Part shown: in pieces, positions 9,656 through 18,779 of the stretch
Numbering within the stretch: the stretch's first letter is position 1
How the letters are laid out: the number at the start of each line of letters is the position of its first letter
Notes under the pieces: model-generated
Seen by the model: the letters and a program-made list of their open reading frames with translations, nothing else
Databases searched by the model: none
What the model was told of the DNA's origin: nothing
NCBI GenBank assembly: GCA_963716175.1
Contig: OY970296.1
Span: 3,936,001 to 4,000,000 of the forward strand
DNA length: 64,000 bases
From: an uncultured Armatimonadetes bacterium
Lineage (GTDB): Bacteria > Armatimonadota > Hebobacteria > Hebobacterales > Hebobacteraceae
Direction: 5' to 3'
Translations under genes and position numbers: made by a program

Positions 9656-11047
9656 TCAAGTCTTCGCCGAGTCGCGAGCCGCCGCCTCCCGCTGCTGCAC
9701 CAGCAGGGTGAGGCCGTCCTGGCCCACCACCTCGACTTCTTCTCCCTCCCCGATTTCGCCTGCCACCGCGCGCGCCCGCCACCGCTCTCCCTCCACCAGC
9801 ACCTCTCCCCTGGGGCTCAGCCTCCCCAGGGCCCGCCCGCGCTGGCGCAGCAGCCCCTCCTCGCCGGTCCGCACTTTGCGCATGTGGGCGCGCACCGCGG
9901 CCCCGGTGACGAAGAGGAAGAAGAGCGTCACCAGCAGGGCCATCACCACGATCACCTGCCAGGAGACCCGCAGCCAGGGGGCCGAGGACCCGGTCAGCAT
10001 GAGCGCGCCCATCACAAAGGAGATCACACCCCCGACTGTCAAGATGCCGTGAGACACCACTTTCACCTCCGCCAGAAAGAGCAGCATGGAGAAAACGATC
10101 AGCCCCACTCCCGCGTAGTTCACCGGCAGCACCGCCATGGAGTAGAGCGCCAGCAGCAGACAGAGCCCTCCGATCACGCCCGGCAGGATGGCGCCAGGAT
10201 TCTGCAGCTCGAACATAATCCCCAGGCCGGCCAGCACCAGCAGCACGAGCAGCAGGTTCGGGTTCCCCAGCACATGGAAAAAGCTCTCCCTGGCGGTAGG
10301 CGAGATCTCGGTCACAGCCGCGCCTGCGGTCTCCAGCGTCACCTCTCGCTTGCCAGGGAGCGACACCTTCCAGCCGTTGATCTTGGCGAGCAGATCCTTG
10401 GGGTCTTCGGCCAGCAGGTCAATCACGTGCAGGCGGAGGGCATCCTTCGCGGTGAGCGTGGCACTCTGCCGCACCGCCCTCGTAGCCCAGTCCGCGTTCC
10501 GCCCCCGCTCCTCCGCGATCACCCGGATCTGCTCCGCGAAGGCGTTGACCACTTTCTGCGTCATGATATCCGGGGAAACCGGAGCTTGCTTTCCCTCCTT
10601 GCCTCCCTCCGGCTGCTCGGGCTTGGGCAGGGAGAGCATCTCCACGGGATGAGCGGCGCCGATGGTAGTGGCCGGATGCATGGCGGCGATGTTCGCAGCC
10701 AGGGTGACGAAGGTGCCGGCCGAGAAGGCGGAGGCCCCTGCGGGGTAGACGTAGACGATGGTGGGGAGGGGGGAGTTGAGCAGGCTCTTGGTCATGTCCA
10801 TCATGGACTCCCCCAGGCCACCGGGGGTGTTCAGTAGAATCAGCAGCGCCTGCGCGTGCTGCCTTCGCGCCTCCGAGAGGGCCCGCTCCAGGTACTCCGC
10901 AGAGGGAACATCAATGGCGCCATCCAGCCGGATCATGGCCACCGGCGGCGGGGCCGTCCACGCCGAGCCTGCCACGCCGCCGGCGGGCAGACCCACCAGC
11001 AGACCGGCGAGGAGCAGGCCCAGCGCCCATTTCGACCATAGCCCCAT
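9656..11047 (-). CDS. nfeD: Long NfeD family protein (ClpP-class protease domain, TM region, OB fold)
   Basis: Signal peptide, LNTPGG, SAG, IGAAHPV, GEVLVEGERWRA; paired with SPFH gene; start placed at ATG 11047. Confidence 0.92.
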   Translation of the reverse strand: MGLWSKWALGLLLAGLLVGLPAGGVAGSAWTAPPPVAMIRLDGAIDVPSAEYLERALSEARRQHAQALLILLNTPGGLGESMMDMTKSLLNSPLPTIVYVYPAGASAFSAGTFVTLAANIAAMHPATTIGAAHPVEMLSLPKPEQPEGGKEGKQAPVSPDIMTQKVVNAFAEQIRVIAEERGRNADWATRAVRQSATLTAKDALRLHVIDLLAEDPKDLLAKINGWKVSLPGKREVTLETAGAAVTEISPTARESFFHVLGNPNLLLVLLVLAGLGIMFELQNPGAILPGVIGGLCLLLALYSMAVLPVNYAGVGLIVFSMLLFLAEVKVVSHGILTVGGVISFVMGALMLTGSSAPWLRVSWQVIVVMALLVTLFFLFVTGAAVRAHMRKVRTGEEGLLRQRGRALGRLSPRGEVLVEGERWRARAVAGEIGEGEEVEVVGQDGLTLLVQQREAAARDSAKT

Positions 11048-12361
11048 CAGAACTCCGATCGCTTTGGGCGCATCCAGGTGGTGGCCTGCCAGCAGGGCAG
11101 GCCCTGCTCGGCGTTGCCGAACTCGCCCGGCAGCTCGCCCCCTGACAGCCCGCGCAGGCCGCGAACCATCAGCAGCGCCACCAGGAAGAAAGGCAGCACA
11201 GCCCACGGCGCCTGCTCGCGGAAGAGATTCTCGGCCTTGGCATAGCCCAGCCAGATAACCCCGCCGGCGGCCGCGACGAGAGACTTGAGAATCTGCTTCG
11301 TCCGCCGCCGGGCGCGCAGAGGGCCCGCGCGCTTCTGCTCACCCCGCTCCACACAATCCAGGCACTGCAGCGCGACCCGGGGCCAGTCGCCAGTGGGGCT
11401 CTGCCGCAGGAAGCCCAGCTCGACGCGGGCATCGTCCCACTTCTCCTGCATGCGGAGGCTGCAGGCCAGCATGGAACGCACCGCGATGCGGGGGCCGCTG
11501 CTGCCGGCCTGGCGCTGGAAATGCTCCTCGGCGGCGGGGTAGTCCCGGAGATGATAGCGGGCCAGGCCCAGGGCCGTCTCCGCCCGGAAGTCGCCCGCCG
11601 CATGGTCGAGCGCCTGCTGCAAGGCCTCGGCCGCCTCCCGATTGGCGCGAGAACAAACAGGTCACCCCGAGATTCCACCAGGCATCGGTATCGTAAGGCT
11701 CGGCCTTTGCCGCGGCTCTGAAGACCTGTCGCGCGCCCTTGAACTTGCCGATCACCACATCGGCCCGGCCCAACTGCACCAGGGCGTGCGCCTCCCGGCC
11801 ATACTCGCGGGCGTCCCGTCGGTACCCTGTGATGGCCTCGGTATCGGCATCGGCGAAGCTGATCGCCAGCTCGGTGTAGGGATCAACGATAGCCTCCCGA
11901 GCCTGCTCCCGGGCCTGGCGCACCCGGCCCCAGTACTGCTCCACTCGGGCATCGTACACCACCAGAGGACGTTCCCGCAGCAGGCCCAGCTCGCGCAGTT
12001 CCTGGCGCGTCTCCCAGGCGCGCTGTCGGTCCGCGGCTTGCTCGCCGGCCGCCTGGAGGACCTGGCCGTCCCCTTCAGCCTTGGGCGGCTCGGGCCGGCC
12101 CCAGACATCGGTGACCAGCACCTCGCCCATGCCGGCAGGCACCGGTTCGGTCAGCAGAGAGCGGGCCTGCGACAGATCGGGTGCCGGTGGCGCACCCTCC
12201 TCGGCCTCGTCGCCCTCCGCCTCCGCGGTGGCGGGACCGACCGGCCTCGCTTCCTCCAGATCCCCGGTGGCTACGCCGCCAACGGCGACCGCGGCGCCGG
12301 CCGGGGGCCAGGCCACTTGCCCAGTCTCTCTCTCCTTTGGCTCCATCTCCACTTGGGTCAA
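11047..12361 (-). CDS. TPR-repeat protein with C-terminal TM pair (frameshift near 11645)
   Basis: ORF 11339..12361 (DAWWNLGV) continues in another frame as NREAAEALQQALDH..ALGLARYHLRDYPAAEEHF to stop 11047. Confidence 0.72.
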
Positions 12362-12379
12362 GCTACTCCTCGCGTGGTG

Positions 12380-12420
12380 TTTCGGGACTTGCTTCGCGTT
12401 CCGGGACCTAAGTCCCGAAA
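12380..12420. promoter_or_regulatory. 11-bp inverted repeat just upstream of the TPR gene RBS
   Basis: TTTCGGGACTT ... AAGTCCCGAAA with a third half-site TTCCGGGACCT in the loop. Confidence 0.4.
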
Positions 12421-12473
12421 CGCCGGTGCTTCTCGTCCGCCACTCTGCCCGCCTTCGCCGACACCACCAGGGG

Positions 12474-14120
12474 CTAGGTAGCGCTGGCCAGCACGCGCTG
12501 GAAGGCGGCTACGGCCTCGGGGTCATATTTCGTCCCGGCATGTGCCGCCAGCTCGGCCAGCGCCTCCGCCTCCGACCGTGCCGGTCGGTAGGGTCGGTCG
12601 GCGGTCATGGCGGCGACGACGTCGGCCACCGCCAGCACCCGCGCGCCCAGCGGAATCTCGTCTCCCATCAGACCCTCGGGATACCCGCTGCCGTCCAGTC
12701 TCTCATGATGATACCGCACTGCGGGCTTGATTGACCAGGGAAATTCCAGCGCATCGAGGATCTGCACCCCCACCAGCGGGTGGGTGCGGACGATCTCGGC
12801 CTCCAGCGGGGTGAGTGGCCCTGGCTTGAGCAGGATCATATCACTGATGCTGACCCGGCCAATGTCGTGAACTCGCGCGGCCACGCGAATTCCTTCCGCG
12901 ATGTCGTCTGGGCAGCCCATCTCCCTGGCAATGGCGAGCGCCAGCCGCGCCACCCGGTCGGCGTGGCCCCGGGCGTAGCGATCCCGGGCCTCCACCGCCC
13001 GCGTCAGCGCGCGTACCACCGCGTACATCGCCTGCCGGTCGGGCTGAGCCGAGGGCGGCGCGGCGGCGGTCCGCTCTTCCCCCGAGAGGTAGTCCTCGAG
13101 CCGCGCCCCCCGATCTCGCTGCCGCTCCGCCAGGAAGGAGGCGACCAGAGCATTGACGGGCCGCACGCCCTCATCGGCAGTCTCCGTCAGCCCCTCCACC
13201 ACCGCCGCCTGAGCGTCGCCAGAAAGCGCAGCCAGCGCGGCCTCTCGCGCCGGCTCCTTGAGCCGCTCCCAGAGCAGAGTCAAAACGGGCTCGAGTTGCT
13301 CGCGGGCGCGGGAGCGGATGTACCAGCGCTGCTCCTCGGTCAGCGGAATCTGCCCCGACTTGCATTCGAACACTTCGTAAGCCACCACCTGCAGGTAATA
13401 GGGCCAGCCCCCGGCCAGCTCCAGCAGGAAATCGCGCTCAGCCGAGAGGTCCACGCCAGACTCCTCGGCGAGAGCGCAGACGTGGCGCCAGGCCAGCTCC
13501 GGGTCGAGGCCGCGCAGGTGGACGATGGAGAAGAGGTCAGCGAAAGGCGAGCCGACCTCCCGCCCGGCGATCTCGATCTCGTGCAGCCGGCACTCGGTGG
13601 CAGTGACGAAGCATACCCCCGGGTGGGCAGCAAGGTGGCGCAGGGCGGAGAAAAAGTTGAGATCGAAGGCCGGGTTCCTGGCGGCCAGCTCCACCTCGTC
13701 CAGGAGGAAAACCAGGCGCTCGCCGGCCACCTCGATCTGCTCCAGGATCTCCTCCAGCTCGAGGAAGCTGAGCGCATCGCGGGCCTTGATGTGGGGCCAG
13801 ACCACGGTGATCTTGCCGGTGGTCTGGCGCGCCAGCTCCTGCACCATGAGGTGGAAGAACTGCTCGGCGCTGATGGTGCCCAGCCCTTCGAAGCTGAGAT
13901 GAACCGCGGCGTGCTGAGCCGGCGATAGCCCGTGGCCGGCCAGGGCGCTGGGGCGGGCGAGGTGGAGCAGAAGCGACGTCTTTCCTGACTTCACCGGCCC
14001 CACCAGGGAGCAATTCTGACTGCCCGCCACCAGGCGCACGACCTCTCGCGTCTCTCTGGGGCGCCCAAAGTAGAACCTGGCCTCCGTGATCGGGCCCCGG
14101 TTGAAGAATGGATTCGTCAT
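12474..14120 (-). CDS. STAND-like AAA ATPase fused to an HD-GYP phosphodiesterase
   Basis: NPF..FGR, Walker A GPVKSGKT, Walker B FLLDEVE, GGWPYYLQ; HDIGR and HHERLDGSGYP; ATG 14120 overlaps the upstream stop. Confidence 0.9.
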   Translation of the reverse strand: MTNPFFNRGPITEARFYFGRPRETREVVRLVAGSQNCSLVGPVKSGKTSLLLHLARPSALAGHGLSPAQHAAVHLSFEGLGTISAEQFFHLMVQELARQTTGKITVVWPHIKARDALSFLELEEILEQIEVAGERLVFLLDEVELAARNPAFDLNFFSALRHLAAHPGVCFVTATECRLHEIEIAGREVGSPFADLFSIVHLRGLDPELAWRHVCALAEESGVDLSAERDFLLELAGGWPYYLQVVAYEVFECKSGQIPLTEEQRWYIRSRAREQLEPVLTLLWERLKEPAREAALAALSGDAQAAVVEGLTETADEGVRPVNALVASFLAERQRDRGARLEDYLSGEERTAAAPPSAQPDRQAMYAVVRALTRAVEARDRYARGHADRVARLALAIAREMGCPDDIAEGIRVAARVHDIGRVSISDMILLKPGPLTPLEAEIVRTHPLVGVQILDALEFPWSIKPAVRYHHERLDGSGYPEGLMGDEIPLGARVLAVADVVAAMTADRPYRPARSEAEALAELAAHAGTKYDPEAVAAFQRVLASAT

Positions 14121-17100
14121 CGTGGTCCCCCCTGCCTCAACCAGAGTGAGAGCAGGCCCACTTGCAGAACGCACTGGCCGGCCTGCTCTGCTACCAGCTC
14201 CGAGGCTGCTAACGCTCTCACTGCTCTTCGCACGCCAGCGGAATCGAGACCCGTAACCCGCCTCAGTTCGTCAACGCTGAGCCCGCCTTTGCCGAGGCTA
14301 CGGTCGCCGGGCCTGGACTGGTGGCCGGCAAGCGCGCCGAGGATCGGCTGCCCCTGGGGGCCAGCGCTCTCCCAGAGGTATCGGAGATGGATGTCGCCCT
14401 GCTCTACCACGTCGGCCGCCGCCTCCTCGACCAGGCTCACGCGAACCGCCGCCTCCTGCAACTGGACACAGCGCTCAACCAGGCGGTAGCCCAGGAGCTG
14501 GAGGAGATAGGGGTTCCTCCCGGTGAGCGTGATGGCCCGGGCCAGCGCGGCCTCTTCGCAGACTACGCCCAATCTGCCCAAGGGAACGCGGATCACCTGC
14601 TCGGCCACCTCGGGCTTGAGGCATCCGATCCTGCGGTGGGTGGCGAGATTGAGAAGAAAGGACCAGTGCTCGCCTGCCAGCTCCTCCAGCCGATCACTGC
14701 CAGAGAGCACGAAGCTGATGTTGCGGCTGTGTTGGATCAGGTGGCGGAGCTGAGAGAATACCTCCGGGCCCAGCACCCCGGTTCGCACCTTCTGCTCCAG
14801 GTCGTCGAACTCGTCCAGCAGCAAGACCACCCGGCCTTCCAGGCGGTCGGCTGCCTCCTGCACCTGCTCGGGCCCGCTGCTATAGCTGTCATAGGGCGCC
14901 GCGCCAGCCTCCCTGACCATGGGCTCCGAGGCCTTGGGTAGCGCCCGCCGCGCCAACTCCTGGAAGAAGGCGCCTGTGTCGTCCACCAGCATCCCTTGCA
15001 CATCAATGAAGGTGGGACGACACCACTGCGCCAGCCTGGCCTCCAGCCGCTTCAGCAAGCTGGTCTTGCCGGTGCGCCTCTGGCCCACCAGCACCACCAC
15101 GTTGCCCTCGTCGCCGCTGGTCAGGGCCCGCTCGACAAAGGCGATCTCGGCCGCGCGGCCAAAGAACATGGCGCTGTCTGCCGCCAGGGGCTTGCCCACG
15201 ACGTAGGGGTTGGCAACGGCCATGAGCGGAGTAGGCCGCACCGCCTGTACGCGGTCGGCGATCGCCTGACTGTGCCAGCCTAAGGCATCGCGAAACCGGA
15301 CCAGTCCGCGAACAGTGCGGGTCCCGGGCCGGGTGTGCCTGACCTCTATGCCTACCTGCGCTTCCTCGCCGGGCCTGAGGCAGGCAATGTCCTGCACCGG
15401 CGCTCCCTCCATCCCCACTAGCAGGTCCCAGGCGCGGCCTTGGCCCGCGTTCTCGATGCTCATGAGCAGCAGGGAGCCAGGCCCGGCGACCAGATGCTGC
15501 GAGACAAGAGCCACGCGCAGGTCGGCCGGCGCGGCCTCCTGCGCCACCCGGTCTACCAGCAGCTCCCAGTTGTGCAGGATTGGAAGCACCAGGGGCCAGT
15601 AGGCCCGTTCCCGGTCGTGGGTTGGACCCGCCGCGAGCGCGGCGCGGGCACGCGCCAGGTAGCGGTCGCGGGAGAGGCGAGAGCGCGCTCGCACCGCCTG
15701 CTTCATCATCTTGGCTGCGGCCACCACAAAGGAGACTGCGTCGAAACTGGCAGCGGGACAGGTCGCGGCCTGGCGCACCACGTCCTCGGGAGTGGCGGCG
15801 TCAGCGCAGTCCCCCAGCCAGGACAGGACCTCGGCGAGATCATCGCGCTCGACGAAGCGTAATGCCAGGGACAGATCGCGCAGCGCCTCGCCCAGGTCCT
15901 CTCCTCCCTCTAGGGCCCGCGCGGCGCAGCGCGCGAGCTCAGCCACCTCTGGGGTGCGGGCGCACCGCGCCACCTGCCAGATCACGCTGGTGGTCGCCGC
16001 CCGCAGGGGCCACCAGTAGAAGACCACCGGCAGCCGCTTCGGGTCTTGGTCGAAGGCAGCGGCAATGCCTTCGGCCGCGGCCAATGCCGTGGCCTGGTTG
16101 CTGGCGAGCGAAACCAGCTGCTCCCACATGGGGCCGGGCAGGTCGAGCATGTGCCGACAGAGAGTGCGGGTGGCGGCGAGGGCAGCCGGCGCATGCCGGT
16201 CTCCCGTTAGGCGAAGCAGCAGGTCCACCTCGGGCACGCCTCGGGGCTCCAGAGAGGCGGCGGCCGCGGCCCGCACCATCGGCTCGCGGTCCACACTTGC
16301 CGCCAGAAGGGCGCCGTGGACACCCACCGCGCCCAGGGACCTGATCGCCGCCGCCCGGACCATGACTGCTCGATCGCCGGCCAACTGCTGCAGGAGATTG
16401 GCCACTCCCTCCCCTCTCGGCCCTTCGACTCCCCCCCGGCCAGGCCTGGCGAGGGCTTCTGCCACCGCGGCACGGACCTCCGGGGAGCGGTCCGCGGCCA
16501 GACGGGAGAGCAAGGCAGGTGGCGCAAGCTCTCGATGTGCCGCAAGCACCCCGGCCGCGGCCGCCCTCACCGCTGCGCTGCGGTCCCGGGTCAGCGGCGG
16601 GAGGCAAGCTGCTGCCCAGCGCCAACCCTCTGCGGCCCACCTACCAAGGGCAGGAACAACGAGGGCGCGAACCTGAGGATCGCGGTCGGCGAGGCAGAGC
16701 TGAGCGGCGCGGGACAGGCCGCGGCCAGAGAGGTGCGGCAAAGCTGGGGCCACCGCCTTCCTTCCGGCTGCCCCGGACTCGGCCAGGCGGAGCAGAAGGC
16801 GGGCCGCGATGGCAGGCCGAACGGGTGATAGGTCCACCGCGCCGAAGGCGACGCCGGAGAGAACGCGCTGGTCTGCGCTGGCTAGAGCAGTGTCGAGCCA
16901 GGAAAGCGCTCGCCGGATGGCCGCACCCCTCGCCTGGCCCAGTGCGGCGGCCGCCGCCCAGCGCATCTCGCCATTGGGGTCGGTGAGCCGCCGCCCCAGT
17001 TCATCCACCGCCCAGGCCGAGCCGTCCCCTGCCTCCTCCTCCATCCCGGACAGAGCGGCCAGGCGCACGGTGCGCTCCGGGTGGCGGCCCAGCGCCAGCA

Positions 17101-17434
17101 GCTCTTCTCGAAAGCGGCCCTGCTGCTTGCCCAAAGCCATTCCCGCAGGGAGCGAGGAGGTGGGATCGCCTGCTGTGACCAGATCAATCACTAGCTTCGG
17201 CTGTGAGCAGGCGAGCTGGCGCAGCCCGGGAACGGCTGCCTTGGGAGGAAGGGAGAGCCGGCCTTGAGCGACATCGAAGAGGAAACGGCGCGCCCACCCC
17301 CCGCGCGCCGCCAGTCCGCCCAGCTCCTGCCAGGCGGCAACCGCTCTGTTTGCGTCGCTACCCCAGACTGCCCGGCACACCGCCCTCAGGTCCAAGCCTT
17401 CCGGAGCCTGTCCTCTACCCCGTGGCCGGCGCAT
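14117..17434 (-). CDS. HEAT-repeat protein with C-terminal STAND-like AAA ATPase and winged helix
   Basis: Repeated DxxPxVRAAAA HEAT units; NPYVVG..FFGR, GQRRTGKT, LLLDEFD, GRNPYLLQ; RBS before ATG 17434. Confidence 0.85.
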   Translation of the reverse strand: MRRPRGRGQAPEGLDLRAVCRAVWGSDANRAVAAWQELGGLAARGGWARRFLFDVAQGRLSLPPKAAVPGLRQLACSQPKLVIDLVTAGDPTSSLPAGMALGKQQGRFREELLALGRHPERTVRLAALSGMEEEAGDGSAWAVDELGRRLTDPNGEMRWAAAAALGQARGAAIRRALSWLDTALASADQRVLSGVAFGAVDLSPVRPAIAARLLLRLAESGAAGRKAVAPALPHLSGRGLSRAAQLCLADRDPQVRALVVPALGRWAAEGWRWAAACLPPLTRDRSAAVRAAAAGVLAAHRELAPPALLSRLAADRSPEVRAAVAEALARPGRGGVEGPRGEGVANLLQQLAGDRAVMVRAAAIRSLGAVGVHGALLAASVDREPMVRAAAAASLEPRGVPEVDLLLRLTGDRHAPAALAATRTLCRHMLDLPGPMWEQLVSLASNQATALAAAEGIAAAFDQDPKRLPVVFYWWPLRAATTSVIWQVARCARTPEVAELARCAARALEGGEDLGEALRDLSLALRFVERDDLAEVLSWLGDCADAATPEDVVRQAATCPAASFDAVSFVVAAAKMMKQAVRARSRLSRDRYLARARAALAAGPTHDRERAYWPLVLPILHNWELLVDRVAQEAAPADLRVALVSQHLVAGPGSLLLMSIENAGQGRAWDLLVGMEGAPVQDIACLRPGEEAQVGIEVRHTRPGTRTVRGLVRFRDALGWHSQAIADRVQAVRPTPLMAVANPYVVGKPLAADSAMFFGRAAEIAFVERALTSGDEGNVVVLVGQRRTGKTSLLKRLEARLAQWCRPTFIDVQGMLVDDTGAFFQELARRALPKASEPMVREAGAAPYDSYSSGPEQVQEAADRLEGRVVLLLDEFDDLEQKVRTGVLGPEVFSQLRHLIQHSRNISFVLSGSDRLEELAGEHWSFLLNLATHRRIGCLKPEVAEQVIRVPLGRLGVVCEEAALARAITLTGRNPYLLQLLGYRLVERCVQLQEAAVRVSLVEEAAADVVEQGDIHLRYLWESAGPQGQPILGALAGHQSRPGDRSLGKGGLSVDELRRVTGLDSAGVRRAVRALAASELVAEQAGQCVLQVGLLSLWLRQGGPR

Positions 17435-17657
17435 CTGCCCCTCTCGCCGAGGGCCAATGAGGACCCCAAATCGGCACGAGCGACTCAGCGTCTTAATACC
17501 ACATGACCAGGCCCTTATCCTTCTCGCGGACTCCGATTCGCCGCCAGGATGCCCAAATCCAGGGGAACGACCCGCGGCTGAAGGCTTCCCCCTTCGCCAA
17601 AGGCTTCGCCGGGCGTGTCGGCATGGCCGCGCAGCAGCAAGGTCGGGCACAAGGATA

Positions 17658-17686
17658 TTGCCTCGGGCGGCGGATTGTGGTAGAAT
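17658..17686 (+). promoter_or_regulatory. Sigma70-type promoter with extended -10
   Basis: TTGCCT-17 bp-TAGAAT, TG at the extended position, upstream of ATG 17743. Confidence 0.6.
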
Positions 17687-17742
17687 CACATGGGCTATTG
17701 TTTGGGGGAGCGCGCATATCAGTTAGACGAGGAGTGCGAGGG

Positions 17743-18699
17743 ATGCGCGGGAGCTGTCTAGCCATCGCCCTGCTGCTGATGCTGGGCGCGGCGCAGACGT
17801 TATGGGCAGGTCCTTTTACTGAAGTTCCCAGCGGACACTGGGCATACGGCGCCTGCGGGCGGCTGGCCGAGCTGGGGGTGCTGGGGTCCGAGCGGGCGAG
17901 CGCCTTCTCGGGCAATCCGCAGCTCACTCGCTTCGAGTTCGGGGTGGCCATCCTGGAGCCGCTGACCGAGGTGGACCGGGCGATGGCCGCGCTGCCGCCG
18001 GAGCCGGAGGTCAAGACGGCCCGGAACGCGGTGACGCGGGCCCTGCGAGTCAGCCCCTATTCCTCGGAGGACCAGATTGCCGCCGGTGCGGCCGATCTGC
18101 GCCGCCTCAGCGGCGAGTTCGGCGATGTGCTGCGCGGGCTGGGCTTCGAGCCGGGCCGGGCAGCGCGCGGCCTCCAGGCTCTGGACGCAGCCGGCCTGAG
18201 AGAGTGGAGGGCGGAGGCTCTCTCCGCGCCGGGCCGAGCCTTGATGGCTCTGACTCCGGCGAGAAGGGCGGATGACGCACTCCGCGTGCCAGTGGGACAC
18301 GGGACGGTGGCTCTGAGCTATGACCGCGATCTGAGGCCGCCGGAGGTGATGGATTACCTGGCTGCCTCTGCGGCCGAGCGTGGGACCAAGCCCGATGCCT
18401 CCGGGAACGCTGAGCCAGCGCTGCGCGATCCCCTGGTTTCTCGGCTGCGCACCGCGTACGAATATGGGCTGGGGTCGGCTCTCACGCTCAGCCTGGCCTA
18501 CGAGGAGATCGCCCGCCGGGGGCAGGGGCTGGCGCCCTTGGACAGCGCCTCGTTCGCCTCCCTGGGCATCGGATACCGGTTGACTCCATCGGCCTCGGTG
18601 AAGCTATCGTATTCGCTGCTGGAGTACTCCAACTACGTCGTGGACAGCCCGCCCCTGCGCGACCGAATGGCCGAAACCGCGGTCTCTATCGGGTTCTAG
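17743..18699 (+). CDS. SLH-domain (OmpM-like) outer envelope protein
   Basis: Signal peptide, FTEVPSGHWAY..LTRFEF SLH motif, C-terminal amphipathic beta strands ending in Phe. Confidence 0.78.
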   Translation: MRGSCLAIALLLMLGAAQTLWAGPFTEVPSGHWAYGACGRLAELGVLGSERASAFSGNPQLTRFEFGVAILEPLTEVDRAMAALPPEPEVKTARNAVTRALRVSPYSSEDQIAAGAADLRRLSGEFGDVLRGLGFEPGRAARGLQALDAAGLREWRAEALSAPGRALMALTPARRADDALRVPVGHGTVALSYDRDLRPPEVMDYLAASAAERGTKPDASGNAEPALRDPLVSRLRTAYEYGLGSALTLSLAYEEIARRGQGLAPLDSASFASLGIGYRLTPSASVKLSYSLLEYSNYVVDSPPLRDRMAETAVSIGF

Positions 18700-18779
18700 T
18701 GCAACCGCGAGGAGCGTTCAGCCTTCGCAGCCGAGGCGGCTTCGGTGGAGGAGGCGCTCCCGCGGGCAGCACCATCTGG

